The notes under the pieces are model-generated. The model was not told the DNA's origin, made no database searches, and saw nothing but the letters and a program-made list of their open reading frames with translations. From the IMG/VR virus record IMGVR_UViG_3300011335_000175, positions 1 to 39,996 of that record: a stretch of DNA of 39,996 bases; one strand, 5' to 3'. This DNA is from a virus (Duplodnaviria; Caudoviricetes). Shown in pieces: positions 7,274 through 16,718 of this stretch. Within the stretch, counting starts at the first letter, position 1. Each line of letters opens with the position of its first letter. The translations under genes were made by a program, and so were the position numbers.

Positions 7274-7959
7274 TCCCAATTTGTATCTCAACCGTGCACG
7301 GCAAGGGCTTGGCCGTGCTGCTGGAGTCCATCAAGCAGTACGCGCCAGAATGCCCTGTTTACCTGCGCGGCCCTGAGTCGGTGATTGAAAACCATCAGGC
7401 TTTTTTAAAGATTTACGGCCAGCCCAGCAACTTTGGTGACGATTACAACCATGTGATTGGTGAAGCGCTCAAAGACTGGAACGATTGCATCGTGGCCAAC
7501 GATGACATTGTGCTGACGCCCGACAGCGTGAAAGTGCTGATGGAAGATGTGCAGATCATCAAGACCATGCACAGCGTGCGGCCAGGGTGGATTTCATCCA
7601 GAAGTGACGCAGCGCGGCCCGGCCAAAACGTGCGGATTACCGACCAGCCAGAGCGACTGCATTTCTACAAATTCCCATCCGAGGCGCACATCAAGATGGC
7701 CGAGGAAGTCAGTCCGATATTTGCCTACATCACCAAAGACGCATTTGGCGAGGGCTTTCCTCCGCTGAATTGGTACAGCGATGATGTGCATTGCCGCGAC
7801 TTGATTGAGCGCGGTTACAGCCACTTTGTTAGCGCCAGCTATGTTCACCACATTGGCAGCCACACAATTGGCTTTGATGCAAAGAAACTGCACGACCAAG
7901 CGATGCCTTGGCTGCTAGAGAACAGGCCAACGTATGCAAAAGCCTGGTTTGATACTTAA
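7270..7959 (+). CDS. GT-A fold (GT2-like) glycosyltransferase
   Basis: CIVANDDIV (DxD-like), WYSDDVHC..L..RGY, SYVHHIGSHT. Confidence 0.8.
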   Translation: MIPICISTVHGKGLAVLLESIKQYAPECPVYLRGPESVIENHQAFLKIYGQPSNFGDDYNHVIGEALKDWNDCIVANDDIVLTPDSVKVLMEDVQIIKTMHSVRPGWISSRSDAARPGQNVRITDQPERLHFYKFPSEAHIKMAEEVSPIFAYITKDAFGEGFPPLNWYSDDVHCRDLIERGYSHFVSASYVHHIGSHTIGFDAKKLHDQAMPWLLENRPTYAKAWFDT

Positions 7960-8467
7960 TCTGGGGTCGGGCAAGGATTGGCTGGAGGAATGTCTTAACG
8001 CAGACATTCAAGCCAGCAAAGACCCAGATTGGCTGCTTGACATCACCAAAGTGCCATGGGGTGAGACAATTCGCACAAGACTTGGCGAGTTGGAAATCAA
8101 GCGCGGGCTGTTTGATGTGATCTTGGCCAACGATGTGCTGGAACACATCCCTGATTTGGTCACGGCTATGACCAACTGCAAAGACCTACTGAAAGTCGGC
8201 GGGGAAATGCGGATTCATGTGCCATATGACTTGAGCCTTGGGGCTTGGCAAGACCCAACCCATGTTCGGGCATTCAATGAGAATTCCTGGCGCTATTACA
8301 CCGATTGGCATTGGTATCTTAACTGGCCTGATCGGTTTGAGTTAACACGGCTGGAAATGCGTCTTTCAGCGGTCGGTGAGGCACTAAAATTGCCCCAAGA
8401 CGAAATCCTCCGCACGCCACGGGCTGTGGATTCAATGTATGTGGTTCTGACAAAGGTTTCACCATGA
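7934..8467 (+). CDS. Class I SAM-dependent methyltransferase
   Basis: LNLGSG motif I, FDVILANDVLEHI, LLKVGG, DPTH. Confidence 0.88.
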   Translation: MQKPGLILNLGSGKDWLEECLNADIQASKDPDWLLDITKVPWGETIRTRLGELEIKRGLFDVILANDVLEHIPDLVTAMTNCKDLLKVGGEMRIHVPYDLSLGAWQDPTHVRAFNENSWRYYTDWHWYLNWPDRFELTRLEMRLSAVGEALKLPQDEILRTPRAVDSMYVVLTKVSP

Positions 8468-10680
8468 ACGAGCAAGACATCACCAACACCATCAACACAG
8501 ACATTGTGGCTGACAAGCCCATGGATGATGCTGAATTGCAGGCCATCATCACTCAAGATTTGGTGGATGCGGTCAGCTACATCGACAGCGACATTTCGCC
8601 AACACGGGCCAAGGGGACGGAATATTACCGTGGCGACCTGTTTGGCAATGAGGTGGATGGCAACAGCAAAGTGGTGGCCATGGAAGTGCGCGACACGGTG
8701 AGCGCCATGCTGCCAAGCCTGATGCGTGTGTTTTTCAGCACCGAGAATGTGGTGGAGTTTGTGCCTCGCGGCCCAGAGGATGTCAAGGGTGCGCAGCAGG
8801 CGACCGATTACGTTAACTACATCTTCCAGAATGACAACAACGGCTTTTTGACCAGTTACGCCATCTTCAAGGATGCGCTGGTCAGGAAGTGCGGCATTGC
8901 CAAATTCTGGTGGGAGGATGAGGAGAGAGTCCACATTGATGAGTACACCGGGCTGGACGAGCAGACGCTGGAAATGCTGATGCAAGAGCCTGATGCAGAA
9001 GTCAAGATTGTGGTGTCTTACCCTGACCCCAATGTTGATGAAATGCAATTGACCACGGTGGACCCAATGACGGGTGCGCCCGTGACCATGCCTGCGCCCA
9101 TGCTGCACGATGTGCAGATCAAGCGCATCACCAAGGATGGCCGCATCCGCATCATGGCCGTGCCTCCAGAGGAATTGATTCTGAGCAGACGCGCCAGATC
9201 GTTTGACGATGGCAACATCATTGCCCATCGCCAGATGGCCACAGTGGCCGACCTGATTGCCATGGGATATGACCAGGACGAGATTGAAGAAAACCTGTCA
9301 TCCACTGACCTCGACAGCAATGACGAGTATCTGGCACGCCAACCACTGTCCACCACCATGGGCACAGATGACGCCGCCAACCCCATGATGCGCCGGGTGC
9401 TGTATGTGGAGGCGTATTCGCGTGTGGACTTTGATGGCGATGGCATTGCCGAGTTGCGCAAAGTCTGCTGCATGGGCAGCGGCTACAAGGTGGTGCGCAA
9501 CTTGCCAGCCTCTTACATTCCCTTTGCTGATTTCCCTTGCGATCCAGAGCCGCACACCTCGCCACTGGAAGCAATGTCAATTTTTGACATCACCCGCGAC
9601 CTGCAAGAAATCAAATCCGAAATCTTGCGCAATACGCTGGACAGCCTGGCGCAGTCTATTCACCCGCGCACAGCGATTGTCGAGGGACAGGTCAACATCG
9701 ATGATGTGCTGAACAACGAGACAGGCGCGATCATTCGGATGCGTGCGCCTGGCATGGTCCAGCCATTGGCCACGCCTTTTGTCGGTCAGGCTGCATTCCC
9801 GATGATGGAATACATGGACCAGATCAAGGAAGACCGAACGGGCATGAGCAAGGCGGCTATGGGCCTGAATGCCGATGCCTTGCAGTCCAGCACCAAGGCG
9901 GCGGTCAACGCCACCATCAGCGCCAGCCAAGGCCGCATTGAACTGACAGCACGCATTTTGGCCGAAGGCATGAAGAAGCTGTTTAAGGGCATCTTGTTCT
10001 TGGTCACCACGCACCAGGACAAAGAGCGCATGGTGCGTATGCGCAACGAGTGGGTGGCTATGGACCCACGCCATTGGAATGCCACCATGGATGCCAGCAT
10101 CAACATCGGTCTGGGCATGGGCGACACCAACGAGCGATTGCAGGCTTTGATGATGATCATGTCCAAGCAAGAGCAAATCTTGCAGCAGCTTGGCCCCCAA
10201 AACCCGCTGGTGACCCCACAGCAGTTCAGCAACACGCTGCGCAAGATTGTGGAACTGTCGGGCTTTAAGGATGCTTCCAGCTACTTCCAAGACATCCCTG
10301 CCGACTATGTGCCGCCAGCGCCACCAGCACCAAAACCAAGCCCAGAGGAAATCTTGGCACAGGTGCAGGCCGAGAGCATCAAGGCTGACATCCAGAAAAA
10401 GGCCGCAGACTTGGAACTTCAGCGCCAGCAAATGATCATGGATGATGATTTAAAGCGCGACCAAATGGCCCAAGACCTGTATCTCAAGAAGTATGAAATT
10501 GAGTTAAAGTACAACTCACAGATCAGCACAGCGGAAATTGATGCCGTGCAAAACATTGATCGTGAAGCGATTCGCCAGCAGGCGCTATTGGCCCAGCAGC
10601 AAGCGGCTCAGTTTATTGAGCAGCAGCAGCCACCAGCGCAGATGGCGACACCATCAACCTTTAACGGAATGGCACAGTGA
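8464..10680 (+). CDS. Portal protein (P22/SU10-like)
   Basis: 738 aa between terL and scaffold; EYYRG, DALVRKCGIAK, RTGMS motifs; C-terminal Gln-rich coiled coil. Confidence 0.92.
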   Translation: MNEQDITNTINTDIVADKPMDDAELQAIITQDLVDAVSYIDSDISPTRAKGTEYYRGDLFGNEVDGNSKVVAMEVRDTVSAMLPSLMRVFFSTENVVEFVPRGPEDVKGAQQATDYVNYIFQNDNNGFLTSYAIFKDALVRKCGIAKFWWEDEERVHIDEYTGLDEQTLEMLMQEPDAEVKIVVSYPDPNVDEMQLTTVDPMTGAPVTMPAPMLHDVQIKRITKDGRIRIMAVPPEELILSRRARSFDDGNIIAHRQMATVADLIAMGYDQDEIEENLSSTDLDSNDEYLARQPLSTTMGTDDAANPMMRRVLYVEAYSRVDFDGDGIAELRKVCCMGSGYKVVRNLPASYIPFADFPCDPEPHTSPLEAMSIFDITRDLQEIKSEILRNTLDSLAQSIHPRTAIVEGQVNIDDVLNNETGAIIRMRAPGMVQPLATPFVGQAAFPMMEYMDQIKEDRTGMSKAAMGLNADALQSSTKAAVNATISASQGRIELTARILAEGMKKLFKGILFLVTTHQDKERMVRMRNEWVAMDPRHWNATMDASINIGLGMGDTNERLQALMMIMSKQEQILQQLGPQNPLVTPQQFSNTLRKIVELSGFKDASSYFQDIPADYVPPAPPAPKPSPEEILAQVQAESIKADIQKKAADLELQRQQMIMDDDLKRDQMAQDLYLKKYEIELKYNSQISTAEIDAVQNIDREAIRQQALLAQQQAAQFIEQQQPPAQMATPSTFNGMAQ

Positions 10681-10937
10681 CCAACGAAGACCCAATTAGG
10701 AAGGGCCGCAAGGCCCAGCAGATTCTTGAGGACGAAACCCTCAACATTGCGATTGCAAAACTTGAGAATGATCAACTTTGGGCATTTCGATCATCGAAAC
10801 CCGAGGAAACCATCAAGCGGGAAACTGCTTGGTGTATGTTGCAAGCCATTGATGGCCTGCGACAAGAGTTGATCAAGATCATGGACAACGGCAAGATTGC
10901 TCAAAAATCTGCTGATCGCACGCAGAAACTAATTTGA
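10677..10937 (+). CDS. Small conserved head-module protein
   Basis: 86 aa between portal and scaffold; GTGA coupling. Confidence 0.75.
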   Translation: MTNEDPIRKGRKAQQILEDETLNIAIAKLENDQLWAFRSSKPEETIKRETAWCMLQAIDGLRQELIKIMDNGKIAQKSADRTQKLI

Positions 10938-10942
10938 GGTAA

Positions 10943-11926
10943 ATGATGTCAGAATCTCAAGCAATGAATATGGCCGATGCGGCCAGTGCTATCTCGGCAA
11001 TGTTAGCCCCCGAACAGGGACAAGCAGAAGTTGACGAGACGCAGCAAGTCGAGGAGTCCGAGGAGGACACCGAGACAGCGGCCTCTGATGTAGATGACTC
11101 GGGTGTGGAAGACGCGCCAGAGGAAGAAACAGCAGAGGAACAGTCCGAAGAAGGCGAGGAGCAAGAGGAGCAAGACCAGACGCAGACTTTCACCGTCAAA
11201 ATTGATGGCAAGGAAGTCGCTGTGACTCTGGAGGAACTCCAAAACGGCTATTCGCGGACTCAGGACTACACCCGAAAAACGCAGCAGATTGCCGAAGTGC
11301 GAAAGCAAGTCGAGCAAGAAACGCAGGCAGTTCGGGCCGAGCGTCAACAGTACGCTCAGTTGTTGGGAGCATTGCAAGCACAACTTCAAGCGACCGAGCC
11401 ACAAGTCGATATGGACCGTCTTTATAACGAAGACCCCATCGAATGGGTGAGGACCAAAGAGGTCATGCGCGAGAGACAAGAGAAAGCCTTGGCTATTCAG
11501 GCCGAACAGCAAAGGCTGGCTCAACTTTCGCAGTATGAACAGCAGCGTGCTATGGAGGAGCAGCTTTCTAGCCAGAAAGAAGCCCTGCTGGCAGCCTTGC
11601 CCGAGTGGCGAGACCCTAAGAAGGCGAAAGCCGAAAAGGCGCTGGTGGTGGAATCTGCGAAGGCGGCAGGTTTCTCTGAGGATGACTTGAATAGCGTCTA
11701 TGACCACCGACTGGTTTTGCTTCTGCGTAAAGCAGGGCTGTACGACCAGATGGTGAGCAAACGACAGGGCATCAAGCCCGTGGTGAACAATGGCCCACGA
11801 CCTGCCAAGCCTGGTGCAGCAGGTCGGGTTTCGACAACAACCGAGGCTGTTCGCGCAAAGCAGCGTCTTGCAAAAACTGGCCGTGTCGATGATGCGGCCT
11901 CTGCAATTGAACTTTTACTGAGGTAA
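10943..11926 (+). CDS. Capsid scaffolding protein
   Basis: Acidic N-terminus, VKIDGKEVAVTLEELQNGYSRTQDYTRKTQ, coiled coil; directly precedes the MCP. Confidence 0.88.
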   Translation: MMSESQAMNMADAASAISAMLAPEQGQAEVDETQQVEESEEDTETAASDVDDSGVEDAPEEETAEEQSEEGEEQEEQDQTQTFTVKIDGKEVAVTLEELQNGYSRTQDYTRKTQQIAEVRKQVEQETQAVRAERQQYAQLLGALQAQLQATEPQVDMDRLYNEDPIEWVRTKEVMRERQEKALAIQAEQQRLAQLSQYEQQRAMEEQLSSQKEALLAALPEWRDPKKAKAEKALVVESAKAAGFSEDDLNSVYDHRLVLLLRKAGLYDQMVSKRQGIKPVVNNGPRPAKPGAAGRVSTTTEAVRAKQRLAKTGRVDDAASAIELLLR

Positions 11927-11931
11927 ACAAA

Positions 11932-12894
11932 ATGGCTATTGTTAGCAATACATTCTTGACCTATTCGGCCAAGGGCATCCGCGAAGACTTGAGCAATGTG
12001 ATCACAAACATCGCTCCCGAAGAAACCCCTTACATGAGCAACATTGGCCGTGAAAACGTGTCCAACAGCTTGTTTGAGTGGCAAACCGACACATTGGCCG
12101 CAGCCGCTGCCAATGCTCAGTTGGAAGGTGATGATGTCGGCAGCTTTGATGCTGTGACTGCCACTGTGCGTTTGCAAAACTACGCACAGATTAGCCGCAA
12201 GACGATCATCTTGTCGGCCACTGAAGAAGTGGTCAACAAGGCTGGTCGCCGCAGCGAACTGGCATACCAGATCGCCAAGCGTGGCTCTGAGTTGAAGCGT
12301 GACCAAGAATTCGTCATGCTGAACGGCGGCATCGCTGTGGCTGGTGATTCCACCACTGCCCGTGTGTCTGCATCTTTGGGCGCGTTTGTGAAAACCAACA
12401 CCGACAAGCAGACCAACGGTGTTGATCCATCGTACACCACGCTGCCAAACAGCGCCCGTACCGATGGCAACGTGCGTACCTTTACCGAGACGATCCTCAA
12501 GAACGTCATCCAAAAGGTGTGGACTGCTGGCGGCACTCCAAAGATTCTGATGTGTGGTCCTGTTAACAAACAGCGCGTGTCTGGTTTCTCTGGTATCGCC
12601 TCCAGCCGATTCAACATCGATGGTGGTGCAAAGCCTGCAACACTGGTCGGCGCAGTTGATATTTATGTAAGCGATTTCGGCAACGTGCAAGTCATCGCCA
12701 ACCGATTCCAGCGTGAGCGTGACGCCTGGGTGATCGATCCTGACTACGCCAAGATGACCGTGCTGCGTCCTTACCAGCAGATCGAATTGGCCAAAACAGG
12801 CGATGCCGACAAGCGCATGCTGATCGTTGAGTGGGGTCACAAAGTGCTGGCAGAAAATGCCCACGGCCTTGCCGCAGACTTGGTTACTTCTTAA
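11932..12894 (+). CDS. Major capsid protein (DUF5309/SU10-like)
   Basis: REDLSNVITNIAPEETP, FEWQTD, NYAQI, ELKRDQE, LAKTGDA; strong codon bias, GAGG RBS, terminator downstream. Confidence 0.92.
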   Translation: MAIVSNTFLTYSAKGIREDLSNVITNIAPEETPYMSNIGRENVSNSLFEWQTDTLAAAAANAQLEGDDVGSFDAVTATVRLQNYAQISRKTIILSATEEVVNKAGRRSELAYQIAKRGSELKRDQEFVMLNGGIAVAGDSTTARVSASLGAFVKTNTDKQTNGVDPSYTTLPNSARTDGNVRTFTETILKNVIQKVWTAGGTPKILMCGPVNKQRVSGFSGIASSRFNIDGGAKPATLVGAVDIYVSDFGNVQVIANRFQRERDAWVIDPDYAKMTVLRPYQQIELAKTGDADKRMLIVEWGHKVLAENAHGLAADLVTS

Positions 12895-12904
12895 ACCAAA
12901 CCGG

Positions 12905-12935
12905 AAAGGGCCAAGGAAACTTGGCCCTTTTTTTT
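12905..12935 (+). terminator. Rho-independent terminator after the MCP
   Basis: AAAGGGCCAAG-GAAA-CTTGGCCCTTT followed by a T run. Confidence 0.9.
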
Positions 12936-13253
12936 ATGATTGAAAAAAAACTGTTTGATGTAAACGCCGAGCAAGGCATCACACGCCACTGGCACTACAA
13001 CACCGACACCGATGAGGTGACGATACAGACGCAGCAAGATGTCACAGATGTCATTGAAGCCAACAAAGCCATTTACAATTCAGTTGACGAGAAAGCCAAT
13101 TGGACGGGTGAGTGGCATTTGGTCGCAAGCATTCCGGAAGCCTTGTTTTACAAGATGAAGGCCGAGGGAAAGATTGATGATCAGGAGTACATGAAACGCT
13201 GGTTGAACGACTCGGACAACCAATTTTTCAGAACTCGACCAGGAAAAGTATGA
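12936..13253 (+). CDS. Conserved hypothetical protein after the MCP
   Basis: Start reassigned to ATG 12936; QDVTDVIEANK...VASIP...RWLNDSDN.FFRT. Confidence 0.75.
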   Translation: MIEKKLFDVNAEQGITRHWHYNTDTDEVTIQTQQDVTDVIEANKAIYNSVDEKANWTGEWHLVASIPEALFYKMKAEGKIDDQEYMKRWLNDSDNQFFRTRPGKV

Positions 13254-13909
13254 ATTACATCGCAGTCTGCACGCCAGCCCGAGATCAGGTCCACACCAAT
13301 TACACCTACTGCATGGTGAACATGGTGGCGTACCACACGCTCAACACCTCAGACGCAATCAGTCTGAAATTGATGCAGGGCACGATCATCCAGAATCAGC
13401 GTGCCGACCTGTGCTTGGATGCCATGCGTGAGGGCTGCACCCATATCTTGTTCATTGACAGCGATATGACGTTTCCACAGGACTTGGTGGGCAGACTGCT
13501 GGCGCACGACAAAGAGATCGTGGCTGCCAACTGCGCACGGCGCAGAATGCCCACTGGCCCTACGGCGCAAGACTATGACGAGAACGGCAAGCGCATCCCC
13601 ATTTACACCATGCCAGATTCCACGGGTCTGCAAGAGGTGGGAAGCATTGGCACGGGCATAATGCTGATCAAGCGTGAAGTGTTTGAGGGAATGTCAGAGC
13701 CTTGGTTTGATATGCCTTGGCAAACGACACGGGGCTACATGGGAGAAGACGTTTTCTTCTGCAAGAAAGCCCAAGAACTCGGATACAAGGTTTATATCGA
13801 CCACGATGTTTCCAAAGAGATTGGACACATTGGCACGTTTGAGTTCCGACACGACCACACATGGATCGTGAAGGAGGAAATGGACAAAGAGGCTGAAAAT
13901 GGCACTTAG
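13250..13909 (+). CDS. GT-A fold glycosyltransferase
   Basis: THILFIDSDM (DxD), GTGIMLIKREVF, GEDVFFC, GYKVYID, IGHIG. Confidence 0.85.
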   Translation: MNYIAVCTPARDQVHTNYTYCMVNMVAYHTLNTSDAISLKLMQGTIIQNQRADLCLDAMREGCTHILFIDSDMTFPQDLVGRLLAHDKEIVAANCARRRMPTGPTAQDYDENGKRIPIYTMPDSTGLQEVGSIGTGIMLIKREVFEGMSEPWFDMPWQTTRGYMGEDVFFCKKAQELGYKVYIDHDVSKEIGHIGTFEFRHDHTWIVKEEMDKEAENGT

Positions 13910-14522
13910 CACATATGCAGAGTTGAGGACATCCATCGGTGACTGGCTGAACAGGTCCGACCTGTCGGCCACCATCCCTGACTTCATTTCGCTGGCAGAG
14001 GCGCAGATTGAGCGCACGCTGCGCACAAGGCAGATGATTGTTCGGGCCAATGCGTCTTTTGACCAGCAGTATGGCGCTGTGCCTGCGGACTTCTTGGAAG
14101 TCAAATCCTTGAAGCTGACCAGCACCAACCCACCAACGCCTTTGTCGTTTCTGACGATTGATTTGCTGGACGAGCAGTCATCCAGCTATACGGCCAGCGG
14201 CAAGCCCAAGTTTTTTGGCGTGGTGGGCAACCAGTTGCGCATCTTGCCAACACCTGATGGGACATACACCACCGAGTTGACCTATTTCGCTAAGTTGACA
14301 AAGTTGTCAAATAGCGTGACCACCAACTGGCTTTTGGCATCAAGTCCAGACATTTATTTGTATGGGTCGCTGTTGCAGGCTGCACCATATTTGCAAGACG
14401 ATGCGAGAATCCAGACATGGGCCACGCTGTATGAGCGTGCCTTGAATGACCTGCGCACGGCAGATGATCGCGGCGCATCATCGGGCGGCACTTTGCTGAC
14501 CCGCGCAAAGACTTTTGGATAA
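13899..14522 (+). CDS. Head-tail adaptor / tail tubular protein A-like
   Basis: TYAELRTSIGDWLNRSDL...IPDFISLAE...NWLL...PDIYLYGSL pattern; position in operon. Confidence 0.75.
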   Translation: MALSTYAELRTSIGDWLNRSDLSATIPDFISLAEAQIERTLRTRQMIVRANASFDQQYGAVPADFLEVKSLKLTSTNPPTPLSFLTIDLLDEQSSSYTASGKPKFFGVVGNQLRILPTPDGTYTTELTYFAKLTKLSNSVTTNWLLASSPDIYLYGSLLQAAPYLQDDARIQTWATLYERALNDLRTADDRGASSGGTLLTRAKTFG

Positions 14523-14532
14523 GGAATAAGCC

Positions 14533-14931
14533 ATGTCATCTTTCACCGACCACACCGAAAGCCTGGTGCTGACCTGGCTCTTTACCAATAGCACGGCCAC
14601 GCGCCCGACAGCTTGGTTTGTTGGCCTGTTTACGGCAGCCCCATCTGACACAGGTGGTGGCACTGAGGTGTCCGGCAGCGGCTATGCACGCACGGCCACT
14701 GGCACGATGACCATTTCTGGCACAGACCCTACCAACGCCACTAACGCCTCGGCTATTGAGTTCCCTGCGGCATCTGGTGGTAATTGGGGTTCGGTGGGCT
14801 GGGCTGCCATCTTTGACGCCAGCACAGGCGGCAACATGATTGCTTGGGCGGCGCTGTCCACAGCACGCACCATCAACGATGGCGATGTGCTGCGCATCCC
14901 CGCTGGCGACCTTGACGTTACCTTGACATGA
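14533..14931 (+). CDS. Virion/tail structural protein
   Basis: VGLFTAAPSDTGGGTEVSGSGYAR...FPAA..NWG...IFDASTGGN motif seen in tail-associated proteins. Confidence 0.7.
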   Translation: MSSFTDHTESLVLTWLFTNSTATRPTAWFVGLFTAAPSDTGGGTEVSGSGYARTATGTMTISGTDPTNATNASAIEFPAASGGNWGSVGWAAIFDASTGGNMIAWAALSTARTINDGDVLRIPAGDLDVTLT

Positions 14932-14932
14932 C

Positions 14933-15394
14933 ATGGCAGCTTATGGTCTTGGCCCATACGGCGCAGGCAAATACTCTTATGGCGTAAGTCTAGGGGCGGT
15001 TACCTTTGCGGCCACCAGCGCCATGGTGGTTGATTCAGAAAGCATTCTCTTGGGTGCTTTTTCTGTTTCTGCATCCAGCACTGTGACGATTGACGCAGTG
15101 CGTGTGCCATTGGTGCAAATTCTGATTGAAGACTTTGGCGAGATGACGGTGGCAACATCGATCATTGGCTCAAGTGGCGTGGAAATGGTCGCAACATCGG
15201 CCATGTCAACCAGCGCATTGATCACAAAATCATCTGCATTGCTGATCTCTGCACAGTCTTCCATGACGGTAAATGCTGGCCTAAAATGGCAAGCAGAAAC
15301 TGACACATCTGAAACCTGGTCTGCGATTAGCGACAACAGCGAAAGCTGGACGCCAATCGCCGACAATACTGAATCTTGGCAAATTGCCGCATGA
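14933..15394 (+). CDS. Virion structural protein (Ser/Ala/Thr-rich)
   Basis: YGxGxYG N-terminus; C-terminal SETW/SESW/TESW repeats. Confidence 0.65.
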   Translation: MAAYGLGPYGAGKYSYGVSLGAVTFAATSAMVVDSESILLGAFSVSASSTVTIDAVRVPLVQILIEDFGEMTVATSIIGSSGVEMVATSAMSTSALITKSSALLISAQSSMTVNAGLKWQAETDTSETWSAISDNSESWTPIADNTESWQIAA

Positions 15395-15402
15395 GGTGAA
15401 AA

Positions 15403-16287
15403 ATGGCTGATACAACCACCACGAATCTATTGCTGACCAAGCCAGAGGTCGGTGCGTCCACAGACACCTGGGGGACTAAGATCAATTCGGACTTGGACAC
15501 CATTGACGCGCTGTTTGATGCAGGTCCGGTGCTGAAGGTCACAAAAGGCGGCACGGGTGGCGCAACCGCATCAGCAGCCCGAACAAGTTTGGCTGTGCCT
15601 GGTACAGCAGTTGCAAATACTTTTTCTGCCAACCAGATCATTGAGGTGGCAGACAACACCAACGCAGCCCTGCGTATCACGCAAACCGGAACAGGCAACG
15701 CGCTGCTGGTGGAGGATTCTGCAAATCCTGACACTTCACCCGTGGTGATTGATGCCGCTGGCCAACTGGTTGTTGGCAATACGGCGGCAGTAAGTGGCCT
15801 GGGCCAATTGCAAGTTTTGGGAGCCAGCACCAGCGCAAGCCTTGCTCAATTTTCGGCAGATGTTACGTCTGCTTCTCTTGCGTTTTATAAATCAAGAAGC
15901 ACGACAATTGGTTCGCCAGCAACCGTGGTGGCAAGTGGTGACCTATTGGGTCAACTGCTTTTTTTCGGCTCAGATGGCTCGGCTCCATCTGGTCAATTTC
16001 TTAGTGGCGCAGTGATTGCGGCAGAAGTTGATGGGACTCCTGGCTCCAACGATATGCCTGGTCGCTTGGTATTTCGCACCACGGCTGATGGAGGAGTTTC
16101 AACAACAGAGCGTCTGCGGATCGCATCCACTGGTGCGTTTGGTTTGTCAGGCGCAAATTACGGCACAAGTGGGCAGGTCTTAACATCTGGAGGCTCTGGC
16201 GCAACGCCCACTTGGACCAGTGTTGGCGTGCCTTTTACCAACAACACTACACTTGCCCAAATTCAGGCAACGGCTCTTTCTTTTTAA
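15403..16287 (+). CDS. Tail fibre protein
   Basis: N-terminal anchor [39 protein letters not shown]...[16 protein letters not shown]. Confidence 0.8.
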   Translation: MADTTTTNLLLTKPEVGASTDTWGTKINSDLDTIDALFDAGPVLKVTKGGTGGATASAARTSLAVPGTAVANTFSANQIIEVADNTNAALRITQTGTGNALLVEDSANPDTSPVVIDAAGQLVVGNTAAVSGLGQLQVLGASTSASLAQFSADVTSASLAFYKSRSTTIGSPATVVASGDLLGQLLFFGSDGSAPSGQFLSGAVIAAEVDGTPGSNDMPGRLVFRTTADGGVSTTERLRIASTGAFGLSGANYGTSGQVLTSGGSGATPTWTSVGVPFTNNTTLAQIQATALSF

Positions 16288-16296
16288 GGAATCATC

Positions 16297-16707
16297 ATGG
16301 CAAACACTTTTACAGCCCCATTCGCACAAACCCCCAAAACCGCTACGGCGGTCTGCACGGCGGCTGCCACATTGACAGACGCGCCAAGCAACACTGTATT
16401 GCTGGTTACGGCTGGCTCTGATGGCGCGATCCTGACTCGCTTGACAGCAATTCCACGCGCCACTGTTACCGCATCATCTTTGGTGGTTTTCATCAGCAAA
16501 GACAGCGGCACAACACAGCGCCTGATTGATTCTGAGTTGATGGCTGCGCACACTGTGGCAACCACCACAGCAATCCCCGAAACCACATTTGCCTTGTACA
16601 CAGAGACCACTCCATTGCGCCTTGAAGCAGGCGACCGACTGTATGTGGGTTCGCAAGTGGCTCTGGCTGGCGGCATCGTGTTCCGCGCCGAATTCACCAA
16701 CTTCTAA
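16297..16707 (+). CDS. Tail-associated beta-sandwich protein
   Basis: AAGGA RBS; LRLEAGDRLY motif; lies between fibre genes. Confidence 0.6.
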   Translation: MANTFTAPFAQTPKTATAVCTAAATLTDAPSNTVLLVTAGSDGAILTRLTAIPRATVTASSLVVFISKDSGTTQRLIDSELMAAHTVATTTAIPETTFALYTETTPLRLEAGDRLYVGSQVALAGGIVFRAEFTNF

Positions 16708-16718
16708 TAGGTCTGACG

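Noticed and set aside
7270-8467. GT + MTase as a serotype-conversion or restriction-modification cassette
   Set aside because: No flippase or TM partners, and the MTase lacks DPPY/NPPY or PC motifs of DNA methyltransferases
11698-12864. Long minus-strand ORFs (also 8296-9228, 9577-10431, 34471-35643)
   Set aside because: Antisense shadows of strongly biased plus-strand genes; no RBS or recognisable motifs
12870-12940. Programmed frameshift extending the capsid protein
   Set aside because: No slippery heptamer before the stop, and a terminator follows immediately
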